64,000 bases of DNA from Candidatus Micrarchaeota archaeon. Lineage in GTDB: Archaea > Micrarchaeota > Micrarchaeia > Micrarchaeales > Micrarchaeaceae. This document shows, one piece after another, positions 1 to 8,856 of the stretch (the first letter of the stretch is position 1; each line of letters opens with the position of its first letter). The notes beneath the pieces were generated by a model, which was given only the letters and a program-made list of their open reading frames with translations, was not told the origin of the DNA and did no database searches. The translations under genes were made by a program, and so were the position numbers. The stretch covers positions 22,172 to 86,171 of the forward strand of contig JAJZVQ010000001.1 in NCBI GenBank assembly GCA_021845575.1. Reading direction: 5' to 3'.

Positions 1-309
1 GCTTTATTGGCGCACATGATAAGCATCGACACTTCAAAGATATACAACAATTTTACCACAGTACCGAGTGCCGCTGTTACCACCATACCAACTACTATAC
101 CTACTACAGTACCGGCAACCATTCCGATAACTATAACGCCTTCAACAATACCAAGCACGCAGGGCTTTGTGGTTTTAGGATTAAAAGGATTATTGTTAAT
201 AATATTTGCACTGCTAATCATTATACTGATAATGGTAGTTGTAATTTTGGTGCTGGTCGCCATACAGTTTTCATTAATGCTCAAACAAGGAAACAAAAAA
301 AGAAGATGA
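1..309 (+). CDS. 3' end of a cell-surface protein gene (partial; Thr/Pro-rich stalk plus C-terminal membrane anchor)
   Basis: Frame is open from the window edge. TIPTTIPTTVPATIPITITPSTIPS linker is followed by a ~45-residue hydrophobic stretch and a KQGNKKRR tail. The N-terminus lies outside the window. Confidence 0.45.
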   Translation, partial: ALLAHMISIDTSKIYNNFTTVPSAAVTTIPTTIPTTVPATIPITITPSTIPSTQGFVVLGLKGLLLIIFALLIIILIMVVVILVLVAIQFSLMLKQGNKKRR

Positions 310-313
310 TTTT

Positions 314-478
314 ATGGTCTTACCTGGAAAAATATGTAAATCATGCGGAAGATTGACAAGCAATTATTCCGAGTTTAAATGCCCCTCTTGCGGAAAAGAG
401 GATATAATCAGATGCAATCACTGTAGAGATATCTCAAATACGTATAAATGCGGAACCTGCGGTTTCGAGGGACCTTAA
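314..478 (+). CDS. small Zn-ribbon protein (conserved upstream partner of aEF-1beta, COG2888-like)
   Basis: 54-aa ORF below the track cutoff: MVLPGKICKSCGRL..CPSCGKEDIIRCNHC..CGTCGFEGP, with four CxxC pairs. Its TAA stop overlaps the next ATG (TAATG). Confidence 0.6.
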   Translation: MVLPGKICKSCGRLTSNYSEFKCPSCGKEDIIRCNHCRDISNTYKCGTCGFEGP

Positions 479-723
479 TGTCTGAAGTAAGCATAATATT
501 CAAAGTATACCCGGCAGAAGGGAATATAGAGGAATTAATCCAAGAGATAAACAAACTCAAGCCAAAAGACATAAAGACGGAAGAGATAGGGTTTGGAATA
601 AAGATTGCCAAAGTGATGTTCGTTTTTGATGATACAAAGACAAGCTCTTCCAAAATAGAAGAAATGTTGAAGAACTCTAAAGGAGTCGGTGAGGTAGAAG
701 TCGAAGAGGAAAGCCTCCTGTAA
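478..723 (+). CDS. translation elongation factor aEF-1 beta
   Basis: Uses the internal ATG of track ORF 448-723. The 81-aa product MSEVSIIFKVYPAEG..EEIGFGIKIAKVMFVFDD..VGEVEVEE has the size and pattern typical of archaeal EF-1beta. Confidence 0.7.
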   Translation: MSEVSIIFKVYPAEGNIEELIQEINKLKPKDIKTEEIGFGIKIAKVMFVFDDTKTSSSKIEEMLKNSKGVGEVEVEEESLL

Positions 724-742
724 AGAAGGTTTTCATAGTCAT

Positions 743-817
743 AACATTATCTTGCAACGCATCAAATATTATTTTGCCGAAATATCATCTTACATTAAAC
801 ATTATATTTTGCAACGC
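743..817 (+). promoter_or_regulatory. two direct copies of AACATTAT(0-2 nt)TTGCAACGC upstream of rad50
   Basis: Copies at 743-760 and 798-817, 55 nt apart. The second lies about 30-50 nt upstream of the rad50 ATG (847), and its ATTATATTTT part could serve as the TATA box. Confidence 0.25.
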
Positions 818-846
818 GATTTCTGCAAATGGACTTAGGCGAGCAT

Positions 847-3144
847 ATGATAAAATCGATAGAGCTTGTCAACTGGAAAACCCATAAAAACTCAAAAATC
901 GAGTTCCGCAAGGGAGTCAATGTGTTCGTTGGGGTTATGGGTGCAGGGAAGAGCTCGGTAATGGATGCCGTCTCCTTTGCGCTTTTTGGCTCCTTCCCGA
1001 ATCTTTCGCAGAAAAGGGTCAGCCTAAACGGAGTAATAATGAACAGGCCGGAGGAGATGCGCAATGCAGAAGTAAGGTTAGTCTTCGATATTGACAATGA
1101 CGAATATGCTGTCACTAGGAAGATCTCAGTGAATTCCGAAAGCGAAGCAATTCTTGAAAAGAATGGAAATAATGTTCAATCGCAACCCAAAAGAGTAAAC
1201 GAAGCAATAAGCGAACTGCTGAAAGTGGATTATGACACCTTTACGCGAGCGGTATACGCCCAGCAAAATCAGCTCGATTATTTTCTCGATCTTTCAAAAA
1301 GTGAAAGAAAAAAGGGAATAGACCAGATGCTCGGCCTTGACAATTTTACCGCGGCCGAGGAGAACATTACATCCCTTATCAATTCTACAAGATCCATGAT
1401 AGAATCGGAAGAGCAGATGCTCTCGAAAATAAACATAAAAGAGTTCAGGGAACAGCTGGAAAAACTGGAGATGCAGAAATCCGACAACGACAGGCTGCAA
1501 TCCGAGCTTGCAGGCGAAGGCAAAAAGCTTGCGGCGCAGATGAGCGACCTCTCAGCAAAACTTGACATGATAAAAAAGAGATATGAGGAAAAGAAGAAAG
1601 TAGAACATGAGATATCCGGCACCAAGGCAAGGCTGGAAATGCTGAATGAAGAGATAAAAAAACTTGGCGAAGGCATCAGCGAAGCCGAGCTTTCCGAAAA
1701 ATACACTGCAGCGAAACAAAAAAGCATTGTAATAGAAAAGGAATTTGAAAAATTGAGAAGCGAAGAGAAAAAGGCGGCAAACGAACTCTCGGTAATCGAT
1801 GCAAGGGCGAGGATAATAACTGAAAACATATCCGCAAAAAACAAGCTGCTTTTGGAATTGGAAAAATTCGACAAGCACATTGAAGATAAGGTAGATGCTG
1901 CTGCAAAAGAGCTGGATAGGTTGAAAGAACTGAATATCTCCAAAAAGAGCAAGATTGAAGAAACAAAGAAATCATACAAAGAACTTGAAACGCATACAGG
2001 AAAATGCCCTGTGTGCGAACGGGAACTTGAAGAGGATCTAAGAAAATCACTGCTCAAGGAAAAATCTTTATTAATAGAAAGTCTTGAGAAAGAAATCGGC
2101 GCGAACGCAAAAATCTTTGCCGCAAAGGATGCCGAATTGAAGGAGTTCACGCAAAAATACGAGCGTATGAAAAGGATTAATGAAAAATTGGAAGAGTACA
2201 AAAATGCAGAGAAAGACAAGGAAGCCACTGATAAGGAGATAGCCGCGAAAAAAATTGCGGTAAAGGAAATAACCGAAAAGGTCGAAGAAAAAGAAAGGGA
2301 AAGAAACGCGTTGAAAGAAGAGCTTAACAAGTTTGAAGCCGAAAGGGAAAAGATGGAAAGGAAAAAAAGGTACATAAAGGGAGCTGGCGAATGCACTGTA
2401 AAACTTGAGGAACTTAAAATCCTGTCGGAAAAATTAAAAGTAGACGAGAAGGAGATATACCTTCTGCAGGACGAATTCACTTCGGCATCATCGAAAAACG
2501 CGGATATAAAATCCAAACTCGAAAGCAATCGCAAATATGCCGAATCCCTGAATCAGCAGATTGCCGAAAAGAAGAAAAACATAGAAGCATTTGGGAATAT
2601 CGAGAAAAAAATTCAGAAGAAAAGAATAATGTTGAGCGACTCCAACAAATTCAAAGCCGCATTGATAGAGACGGAAGCATCTCTGAGGAATAAGTTGGTA
2701 AGTTCCGTAAACAGCATAATGCAGTCTGTATGGCCGGAATTATATCCTTATGCAGACTATCAAGGATTAAAGCTAAATACAAAAAAGGATGACTATTCCC
2801 TCGAAGCCAGTCTTGTCATCAACGGAGAAAGCTCGTGGGTTCCGATAGATTCGGTAGCAAGCGGCGGTGAAAGAAGCACAGCATGTCTCACAATGCGCAT
2901 AGCGCTTGCAATGGTAATAATACCAAATCTCAAATGGATCATACTCGACGAGCCTACCCACAACATAGACTCAAACGGAATAAATAACCTGATCGAGGTC
3001 ATGGGGAACAATCTTCCGAAGATTGTCGAGCAGATATTTATTATTACTCACGATGAAACGCTGAAGCAGATAAACGATGCGGCTGTGTTTCTGCTCGAGA
3101 GGGACAAGTCGGTTTATGGCGAAAGCGTTGTCTCAAATGCATAA
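847..3144 (+). CDS. rad50: DNA double-strand break repair ATPase Rad50
   Basis: Walker A GVMGAGKSS, a very long K/E-rich coiled coil, zinc hook CPVC mid-protein, signature SGGERS, Walker B ILDEPT. Start moved to MIKSIELVNWKTH. Confidence 0.9.
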   Translation: MIKSIELVNWKTHKNSKIEFRKGVNVFVGVMGAGKSSVMDAVSFALFGSFPNLSQKRVSLNGVIMNRPEEMRNAEVRLVFDIDNDEYAVTRKISVNSESEAILEKNGNNVQSQPKRVNEAISELLKVDYDTFTRAVYAQQNQLDYFLDLSKSERKKGIDQMLGLDNFTAAEENITSLINSTRSMIESEEQMLSKINIKEFREQLEKLEMQKSDNDRLQSELAGEGKKLAAQMSDLSAKLDMIKKRYEEKKKVEHEISGTKARLEMLNEEIKKLGEGISEAELSEKYTAAKQKSIVIEKEFEKLRSEEKKAANELSVIDARARIITENISAKNKLLLELEKFDKHIEDKVDAAAKELDRLKELNISKKSKIEETKKSYKELETHTGKCPVCERELEEDLRKSLLKEKSLLIESLEKEIGANAKIFAAKDAELKEFTQKYERMKRINEKLEEYKNAEKDKEATDKEIAAKKIAVKEITEKVEEKERERNALKEELNKFEAEREKMERKKRYIKGAGECTVKLEELKILSEKLKVDEKEIYLLQDEFTSASSKNADIKSKLESNRKYAESLNQQIAEKKKNIEAFGNIEKKIQKKRIMLSDSNKFKAALIETEASLRNKLVSSVNSIMQSVWPELYPYADYQGLKLNTKKDDYSLEASLVINGESSWVPIDSVASGGERSTACLTMRIALAMVIIPNLKWIILDEPTHNIDSNGINNLIEVMGNNLPKIVEQIFIITHDETLKQINDAAVFLLERDKSVYGESVVSNA

Positions 3145-3274
3145 AGCACCAACCCTGCAAATCTATAAGCACTTGTCTTTCGGCCTTTGAAAATGCCATA
3201 AAATTGCTATAAACTTACTACAAAGTTATTAGTAATAATAGCGGTTTGGCGATTGCCGCAGTTATGTCGTCGAA

Positions 3275-3336
3275 GTTATAATGTAATTATCCGAATTTAT
3301 AATGGAATTATTATTGGTTATCTATAATTAGTTATT
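3275..3336. promoter_or_regulatory. three phased AT-rich palindromic boxes (ATAAT-N3-ATTAT)
   Basis: gTTATAATGTAATTAT (3275-3290), tTTATAATGGAATTAT (3296-3311) and an imperfect tCTATAATTAGTTATT (3321-3336). The first two are 21 nt apart. They lie in the 356-bp spacer between rad50 and the MFS gene. Confidence 0.25.
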
Positions 3337-3500
3337 GGAGATTGATTGGCGCCGGCACTTACGATTTCCAGTCAAGCTATAAGGCAAGTATCTATTCAAA
3401 TTTTTCTTCTTGAAACTTTCACTGTATAAAAGCCATAATAAATATAAACAATAAAAGCGTATTACTTAAAAATATAAGTTCAAGATTTACCCTGATTATC

Positions 3501-4766
3501 ATGCAAATGAATTACCGCTTTGGCAAGGCAGAGAAATTAAAGTCCATAATCTTTACCTCATTCGGTCATTTTACAAACGACTTTACTTTTCTGCTTTTTT
3601 CCATTCTTATAATTTATTATAACAAGAATTTCGGAATAAGCTTAGTTATTCTAGGTGCAATAGCCATAATATCCACAATCATAAGCGGTATACTAAGCAC
3701 TCCTATCGGGAAGTATTCGGATAAGACGCGCAAGTATACCAATCTCATATCCATAGGTTTTGTAATACTCGGTTTTTCGTTTGTGGCTTTTGCCATTTCA
3801 TTCGCATTTGTAAATTATACACTACTTTTTGCCGTTATTGCTGCCGTATTATTAGGGGTAGGTCTTGCATTCTATCATCCTTTAGGGGCATCAATACTTA
3901 ATTTTACCTATAAAAACAAATCTTCTTCAATGTTGGGAATAAACGGAGCATTTGGAAGCATTGGCAGAGCTGTTATGCCGATACTGTTAATACCTCTTAT
4001 TTTGGTAGTGGGGAAGGTCTACGCACTGCTGATTATCAGCGCATACATGTTCATTGCCGCAATTGTAATATATAAGGGGTTATTTTTCTTAAAAATCTGC
4101 GAGAATCCCCCCAAGGAAAAAAACAAAAAATCCAATATCGTTCCAAATACAATTTCAAAGTACAGGTCAGTTTTGTTTATATTAGTTGCGCTTGTCTTTA
4201 TACGCGCTATGTTTTTAATAGGTACTACAACCTATATATCGGAGTATTTGATAAAGGAATTGGGAACCGAAACCCAGCTAAGTTATATCTTAACAATTAG
4301 TTTTATAACCGCAGTTATAGGGCAGCCATTTTTCGGAAAATTGACTGATAAATACGGCGGAAAGGCGATTATATGGGTAACTTCCATTTTATCTGCGGTT
4401 TTTTTCATATTGTTTATGCTATCAGGACCTAACGTTTTGTTAATTATTGTAAACTATTCATTATTTGTCTTTATGGCTTTCTCAGGTTTTCCGGTATTGC
4501 TCGGATATGTGGGTCAGATAGTGCCAAAAGAGATAAGCACTACTGCAAATGGCATGGTGTGGGGCATAGGGAATACTATAGGCGGTGCAATCGGCATCGC
4601 AGTCATGATTTTATTTTTATTCATGAATGTCAGTCTTTTGCAGACGATGTGGATAATGGTAATATTTGGTATACTATCAATCTTCCTTATCCCGTTTATT
4701 CCAAATAAGAAAAGATCAATAGAACTCAAATTAAAGTCTGTGCAGCCATTCAAAAATCCCGGATAG
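3501..4766 (+). CDS. MFS transporter
   Basis: 421 aa and hydrophobic throughout (about 12 TM). MFS motif-A-like loops GKYSDKTRKY and GKLTDKYGGKA occur at equivalent positions in the two halves. Confidence 0.75.
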   Translation: MQMNYRFGKAEKLKSIIFTSFGHFTNDFTFLLFSILIIYYNKNFGISLVILGAIAIISTIISGILSTPIGKYSDKTRKYTNLISIGFVILGFSFVAFAISFAFVNYTLLFAVIAAVLLGVGLAFYHPLGASILNFTYKNKSSSMLGINGAFGSIGRAVMPILLIPLILVVGKVYALLIISAYMFIAAIVIYKGLFFLKICENPPKEKNKKSNIVPNTISKYRSVLFILVALVFIRAMFLIGTTTYISEYLIKELGTETQLSYILTISFITAVIGQPFFGKLTDKYGGKAIIWVTSILSAVFFILFMLSGPNVLLIIVNYSLFVFMAFSGFPVLLGYVGQIVPKEISTTANGMVWGIGNTIGGAIGIAVMILFLFMNVSLLQTMWIMVIFGILSIFLIPFIPNKKRSIELKLKSVQPFKNPG

Positions 4767-5122
4767 CCCTATTCACGCGATCGGAATCTTGCATACTTTT
4801 TTCAAATCCGAAAACAAAAATTTGCAACACTTTAATAATCCTACAGCTTCGACTGCAGACACATTAAAGATTTAGATAACTATTTGTTCAATAGATTATC
4901 AAATGATAATTTAAGCACATTATTGTGAATTGGAATTCTATTGCAGAAAATATGTATCGGAATAAGTATATCTTATAAAAATAAATAGCGAAAGTTTAAA
5001 TTCTTATGATCTAAGCATTAAGACAAATATCAGGCAATAAAATAGTGTATTGAAATGAACGGCAACAAAAAAGTGAAGTATATGGCAGGATACTACACTA
5101 AGGCACGTCTCAAAAAACTTAG

Positions 5123-5494
5123 GTGGTGAATAAAAATAATAAACCCAAAATAATAATGGGCAGTCCAGTATGGATAGTACCGCAGTCTTTTCTAGATTAT
5201 CGCGGTATACAGGGTTATCAAATAATTATACAGCCTTTTGCCGCAATATTTGTATCCGATAAAATCCCCAAATGGTTAAGGGATACACTTCTTTATCATG
5301 AATTCACAGAAAATAAGAAGCTTCAAGAACTGGGGCACGACAAGGCTCATGCCTTTGCAGTAGAAGCTGAATACAATTATCTAGTAGAACATGGATTACT
5401 CGAGAAATTTTTAAAATGGAAAGGCGAAGGGTTGGTTGCTGAAAGAGTAAGAGCTTGGAAAAAGAAAGGTCATAAAATACCGGCATTGAAATGA
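5123..5494 (+). CDS. hypothetical protein
   Basis: 123-codon ORF with a GTG start (alternative ATG at 5156). No motif recognised beyond YHEFTE..GHDKAH. Confidence 0.35.
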   Translation: MVNKNNKPKIIMGSPVWIVPQSFLDYRGIQGYQIIIQPFAAIFVSDKIPKWLRDTLLYHEFTENKKLQELGHDKAHAFAVEAEYNYLVEHGLLEKFLKWKGEGLVAERVRAWKKKGHKIPALK

Positions 5495-5671
5495 GGATCT
5501 GAACTATAAATCTCTCAGCAGGGACTTAACTCTTTTTCCAGTAACCCAACTTTGCCACATTAATCATTCAATCTTTTTTTATCAGACCCTATTATTAAAT
5601 CGTTACAAAATTTGCAAATGACATATTAACCTTTCTTCGGAAAAATTATATTCAAAAACCGACTGATTCCA

Positions 5672-7048
5672 ATGGCTAAAGAGATCAAAGAAAACGAAAA
5701 GGTAGATATACAAGAAAAGCTGAAGGAGCTTCCGATAGAGTTTAGATTAAGAGCAATCGATCGATTGAACATAAGGGAATTGAGGAAAAAAAAGACCAAA
5801 TTCTCCAAGTTCCTTCTCTTGCTTGCGCTTATAGGTCCTGGCGTAATAGTGATGATAGCAGACAATGATGCGGGCGGAGTCATAACCTATGCCCAGACAG
5901 GTTCTATATTCGGCATTGGATTCTTCATTCCATTCATGCTGCTCATGATTCCCGTAGCGTACATAGTGCAGGAAATGACTATCAGGCTGGCTGCAGTGAC
6001 AGGAAGAGGGCACGCGGAACTGATATGGAAGAGATACGGGAAGTTTTGGGGCGCATTTTCATTGGGAGATCTCGTAATCGCAAATGCACTTACGCTGATT
6101 ACTGAATTTATAGGAATCACTTTTGGCATGGGGCTGTTTGGAATCAATCCTGTGGAAGCAGTATTGATAGGGATTGCGTTTATATCTACTGTAACATTCG
6201 GGCTAAGATATCATAAATGGGAGCGTATAAGCCTAGTTATAGCCGCTTTCAATCTCATATTCATCCCATTGGTGTTTTTTGCGCACCCGAACTGGAGCGC
6301 CGTGGCAAACAGCCTTAGCACGTGGAGAGTGTCAAGCGGATTTACGCCGTTGTTCCTGTACGTGCTTCTTGCGAGCATCGGAACCACGATAGCCCCATGG
6401 ATGCTATTTTTCCAGCAGTCGTCAGAAGTAGACAAGGGGATAATACCGGAAGACATTAACTCCGGAAGAAGGGATACGCTGATAGGTGCGGTCGTAATGG
6501 CAGCCGTTGCAATTGCGATAATCATCCTAACGGGAACGGTCGTGTATGGGACAGTAAGCAACGGTTCAACGGCAAGTTATAACATACAGTTCATAATATC
6601 TACGATGGGGAGCAAGATAGGCTCATTGCCCGTAGATCTGTTTGCCATCGGACTTGTGGATGCAGGGCTCATCGCCGCGATAGCCATAACCGCAAGTACC
6701 TCATGGGCGGTCGGAGAGGCATTCAATTGGCCTAAAAGTATAAACCTGCCTTTTTTGAAGGGCCGTAAGTTTTACATTCCAGGATTAGTAAGCATGGCGT
6801 TCGCCGCAATCATAGTGCTCATACCCAACATACCTCTTGGCTTCCTCAACCTCACAGTCCAGGTAATCGCCTCTGTGTTCATGCCAGCCGCGCTGTTGTT
6901 TCTGCTTCTTTTGTCAAACGACAAAAGGATAATGGGCAAATACACAAACAAGCCATGGCAGAACATAGCATCGATTTCGATAATGATATTCCTTGTAACC
7001 GCCAGCAGCCTTTACGGGGTGTCGCTCGTTTTCCCGAATCTCATATAG
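5672..7048 (+). CDS. NRAMP/SLC11-family divalent cation transporter with NRMT-like binding-site substitutions
   Basis: 458 aa, about 11 TM. GPGVIVMIADNDAGG and GTTIAPWMLFFQQS align to the NRAMP TM1 DPGN and TM6 GAxxMPH motifs. Confidence 0.8.
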   Translation: MAKEIKENEKVDIQEKLKELPIEFRLRAIDRLNIRELRKKKTKFSKFLLLLALIGPGVIVMIADNDAGGVITYAQTGSIFGIGFFIPFMLLMIPVAYIVQEMTIRLAAVTGRGHAELIWKRYGKFWGAFSLGDLVIANALTLITEFIGITFGMGLFGINPVEAVLIGIAFISTVTFGLRYHKWERISLVIAAFNLIFIPLVFFAHPNWSAVANSLSTWRVSSGFTPLFLYVLLASIGTTIAPWMLFFQQSSEVDKGIIPEDINSGRRDTLIGAVVMAAVAIAIIILTGTVVYGTVSNGSTASYNIQFIISTMGSKIGSLPVDLFAIGLVDAGLIAAIAITASTSWAVGEAFNWPKSINLPFLKGRKFYIPGLVSMAFAAIIVLIPNIPLGFLNLTVQVIASVFMPAALLFLLLLSNDKRIMGKYTNKPWQNIASISIMIFLVTASSLYGVSLVFPNLI

Positions 7049-7056
7049 TGGTGTAA

Positions 7057-7254
7057 ATGAAGAATTATAAATTTATAAAAAACGATAAGGACTGGCAGAA
7101 CTTTATCAAAAAAGAAAAGCTTTTCGACAGGAGTGCAAAGCCGATAAGAAGAGCAAAAGTAAAGGGTCTTATAAAATTCGCATTCTGGTTTCTCAGAATA
7201 TACGTAATCGTAATGGTAGTTTTGATTATATTGGGTTTCCTTCACTTGCTTTAA
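7057..7254 (+). CDS. small tail-anchored membrane protein (hypothetical)
   Basis: 65 aa with a basic N-terminal half and a single C-terminal hydrophobic helix. Starts 9 nt after the NRAMP stop. Confidence 0.3.
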   Translation: MKNYKFIKNDKDWQNFIKKEKLFDRSAKPIRRAKVKGLIKFAFWFLRIYVIVMVVLIILGFLHLL

Positions 7255-7706
7255 CCTTTCTTTTTCCTCCCAAGCATTCCGGGAAGTTTTAGTTTGGCGT
7301 CAGGAAAAAGCTTCGCCAATAGTTCAGGTGTCATAGAAGCACTGAAATTAAGGTTTTTTATCACCTTATTAAGCAGGTATACCTCCGCAATCTTCAAAGA
7401 GGTTTCGTTTGTGCATGCGCTTTTCGCAATTTTTTTTATTTCGGGATCAGACAGCTTCTTTACCGAATCCGCAAGAAGTTCGTAACTCTTTTTCTTTCCT
7501 TCAGTCAACGAATCCGCAGCCTTATCAAGGATTTCAGTGTTTATCCCTAGAATCCCATAAATTTTGCTGTCAATTGAGCTTGTTATCCCAGCAAGATGAA
7601 ACGCTATCTCCTCCGGTTTGGTAATGCTTCTTATGCCAAGCCTTCTTATAGCTATCCAATCCTTGTATTTTACCATGAAATCTATGTATTCAGAAGGGTC
7701 CTCCAT
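7251..7706 (-). CDS. hypothetical protein
   Basis: 151-codon ORF, 4 nt downstream of the wHTH gene on the same strand. No motif recognised. Confidence 0.4.
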   Translation of the reverse strand: MEDPSEYIDFMVKYKDWIAIRRLGIRSITKPEEIAFHLAGITSSIDSKIYGILGINTEILDKAADSLTEGKKKSYELLADSVKKLSDPEIKKIAKSACTNETSLKIAEVYLLNKVIKNLNFSASMTPELLAKLFPDAKLKLPGMLGRKKKG

Positions 7707-7710
7707 AAAA

Positions 7711-7938
7711 TCATTTCTGAATGATGTAATAACCCGCCGCCTTTTCCCTTGCGACCCTTTTTATTACGCCCTTCTGCAGCAGGGACACCAGTGAATTTGT
7801 CACAACTCCCTTCGGTCTGTTGCATTTTTTCATTATGTCATCAGCCGTCTTTATCGAGGTGTCCTTTGTTGCTCCAAGTTCCTGCATGGCTTTCAATACA
7901 GTCTGTTCAATAGGATTTAATTCTACCATATAACTCAC
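7711..7938 (-). CDS. small winged-helix DNA-binding protein
   Basis: 75 aa. The pattern LNPIEQTVLKAMQELG..IKTADDIMKK..VVTNSLVSLLQKGVIKRV is typical of MarR/TrmB-like wHTH proteins. Confidence 0.5.
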   Translation of the reverse strand: MSYMVELNPIEQTVLKAMQELGATKDTSIKTADDIMKKCNRPKGVVTNSLVSLLQKGVIKRVAREKAAGYYIIQK

Positions 7939-7951
7939 TTTTGATCATAAA

Positions 7952-8104
7952 TCATTTCTTTCTCTTTACTTCCTTATGCTTTGTCCTCAAGGCAGCGTAC
8001 CCGCATTTCCTGCATTTCTTGCTATGGATGCTGTTTCTGCTCTTGCATTTTTTGCATATCAAGACCTTATTCAATTCTGCGTCTGCAATTGGAAATTTGC
8101 CCAT
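7952..8104 (-). CDS. rpl40e: ribosomal protein L40e
   Basis: 50-aa ORF missed by the track: MGKFPIADAELNKVLICKKCKSRNSIHSKKCRKCGYAALRTKHKEVKRKK. It has the CxxC..CxxC Zn-ribbon and the length of archaeal L40e. Confidence 0.8.
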   Translation of the reverse strand: MGKFPIADAELNKVLICKKCKSRNSIHSKKCRKCGYAALRTKHKEVKRKK

Positions 8105-8235
8105 TTGTTACACCATAAAAAGTTGTTTTTTCTCAAGTATAAAACTTAAAAATCAGCTTCTTTAATTTATTTATAATAACATATAAAAACATTATGGTGG
8201 TAAAATAATAAAAACTTTGTTTGAAGTGGTTAAAA

Positions 8236-8634
8236 ATGAAAAATACATATCCCGCATTGCAGAAGCAAATCCCAAAAATAATAAGCAAGCACGTTTATGG
8301 AAATTTATACAAGATAAATCTTTCGCTTTTGACAGATCTGCAGTTCCTTACTAAAATGGTCGTGGAATCGGCAAGGCTGGGAAACCTGCACATAGTGGAA
8401 CTTGCGACAAAAAAATTTAGCGACGTGAATGGAATACCGGGAGGGGTTTCAATAATTGCCATACTTGAAGAGAGCCACATCGCACTGCACACATGGCCAG
8501 AAAGTGGATATGCGACATTAGACATTTACTCGTGCGGTCAGGAGTCCGATCCCGAAGCCTCATTCAAATATATAGTGTCAGAGCTAGATCCAAAAAAGCA
8601 AAAGGTATGGTATGCAGACCGCAGCAATAAATAA
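8236..8634 (+). CDS. speH: pyruvoyl-dependent S-adenosylmethionine decarboxylase proenzyme (SpeD/SpeH family)
   Basis: GGVSIIAILEESHIALHTWPESGYATLDIYSCG contains the ES self-cleavage site and the HTWPE motif. The ATG at 8236 lies inside track ORF 8221-8634, which has a TTG start. Confidence 0.8.
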   Translation: MKNTYPALQKQIPKIISKHVYGNLYKINLSLLTDLQFLTKMVVESARLGNLHIVELATKKFSDVNGIPGGVSIIAILEESHIALHTWPESGYATLDIYSCGQESDPEASFKYIVSELDPKKQKVWYADRSNK

Positions 8635-8856
8635 AATGGGAAAAAGGGCAAGATATATTTTATTCAGAATTTTTTCTGCAATAATCTTGAATTATTATTT
8701 GAATTTTTGAATTAACCATAATAGCTTAATACACTAATTGAAAAGAGGTAACAACTTCCAATTCGCAAGGTATCAGATATAATATAAATAATTTATGTGT
8801 GATGTATTTAATTGATTAATATCTTATTTGCCATTTTTACTTCAACTGATGGTCGC

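Noticed and set aside
1278-2534. 418-codon ORF antisense to rad50 (Ser/Phe/Leu-rich), plus several shorter antisense ORFs between 1294 and 2050
   Set aside because: It is the mirror image of the K/E/A-rich coiled-coil codons (GAA/AAA/AAG read as TTC/TTT/CTT), has low-complexity composition, and lies entirely inside a well-supported gene.
5041-5122. 24-codon upstream mini-ORF (MNGNKKVKYMAGYYTKARLKKLRW) overlapping the GTG start of the 5123-5494 ORF
   Set aside because: It is too short and unsupported, and could equally be chance in AT-rich DNA.
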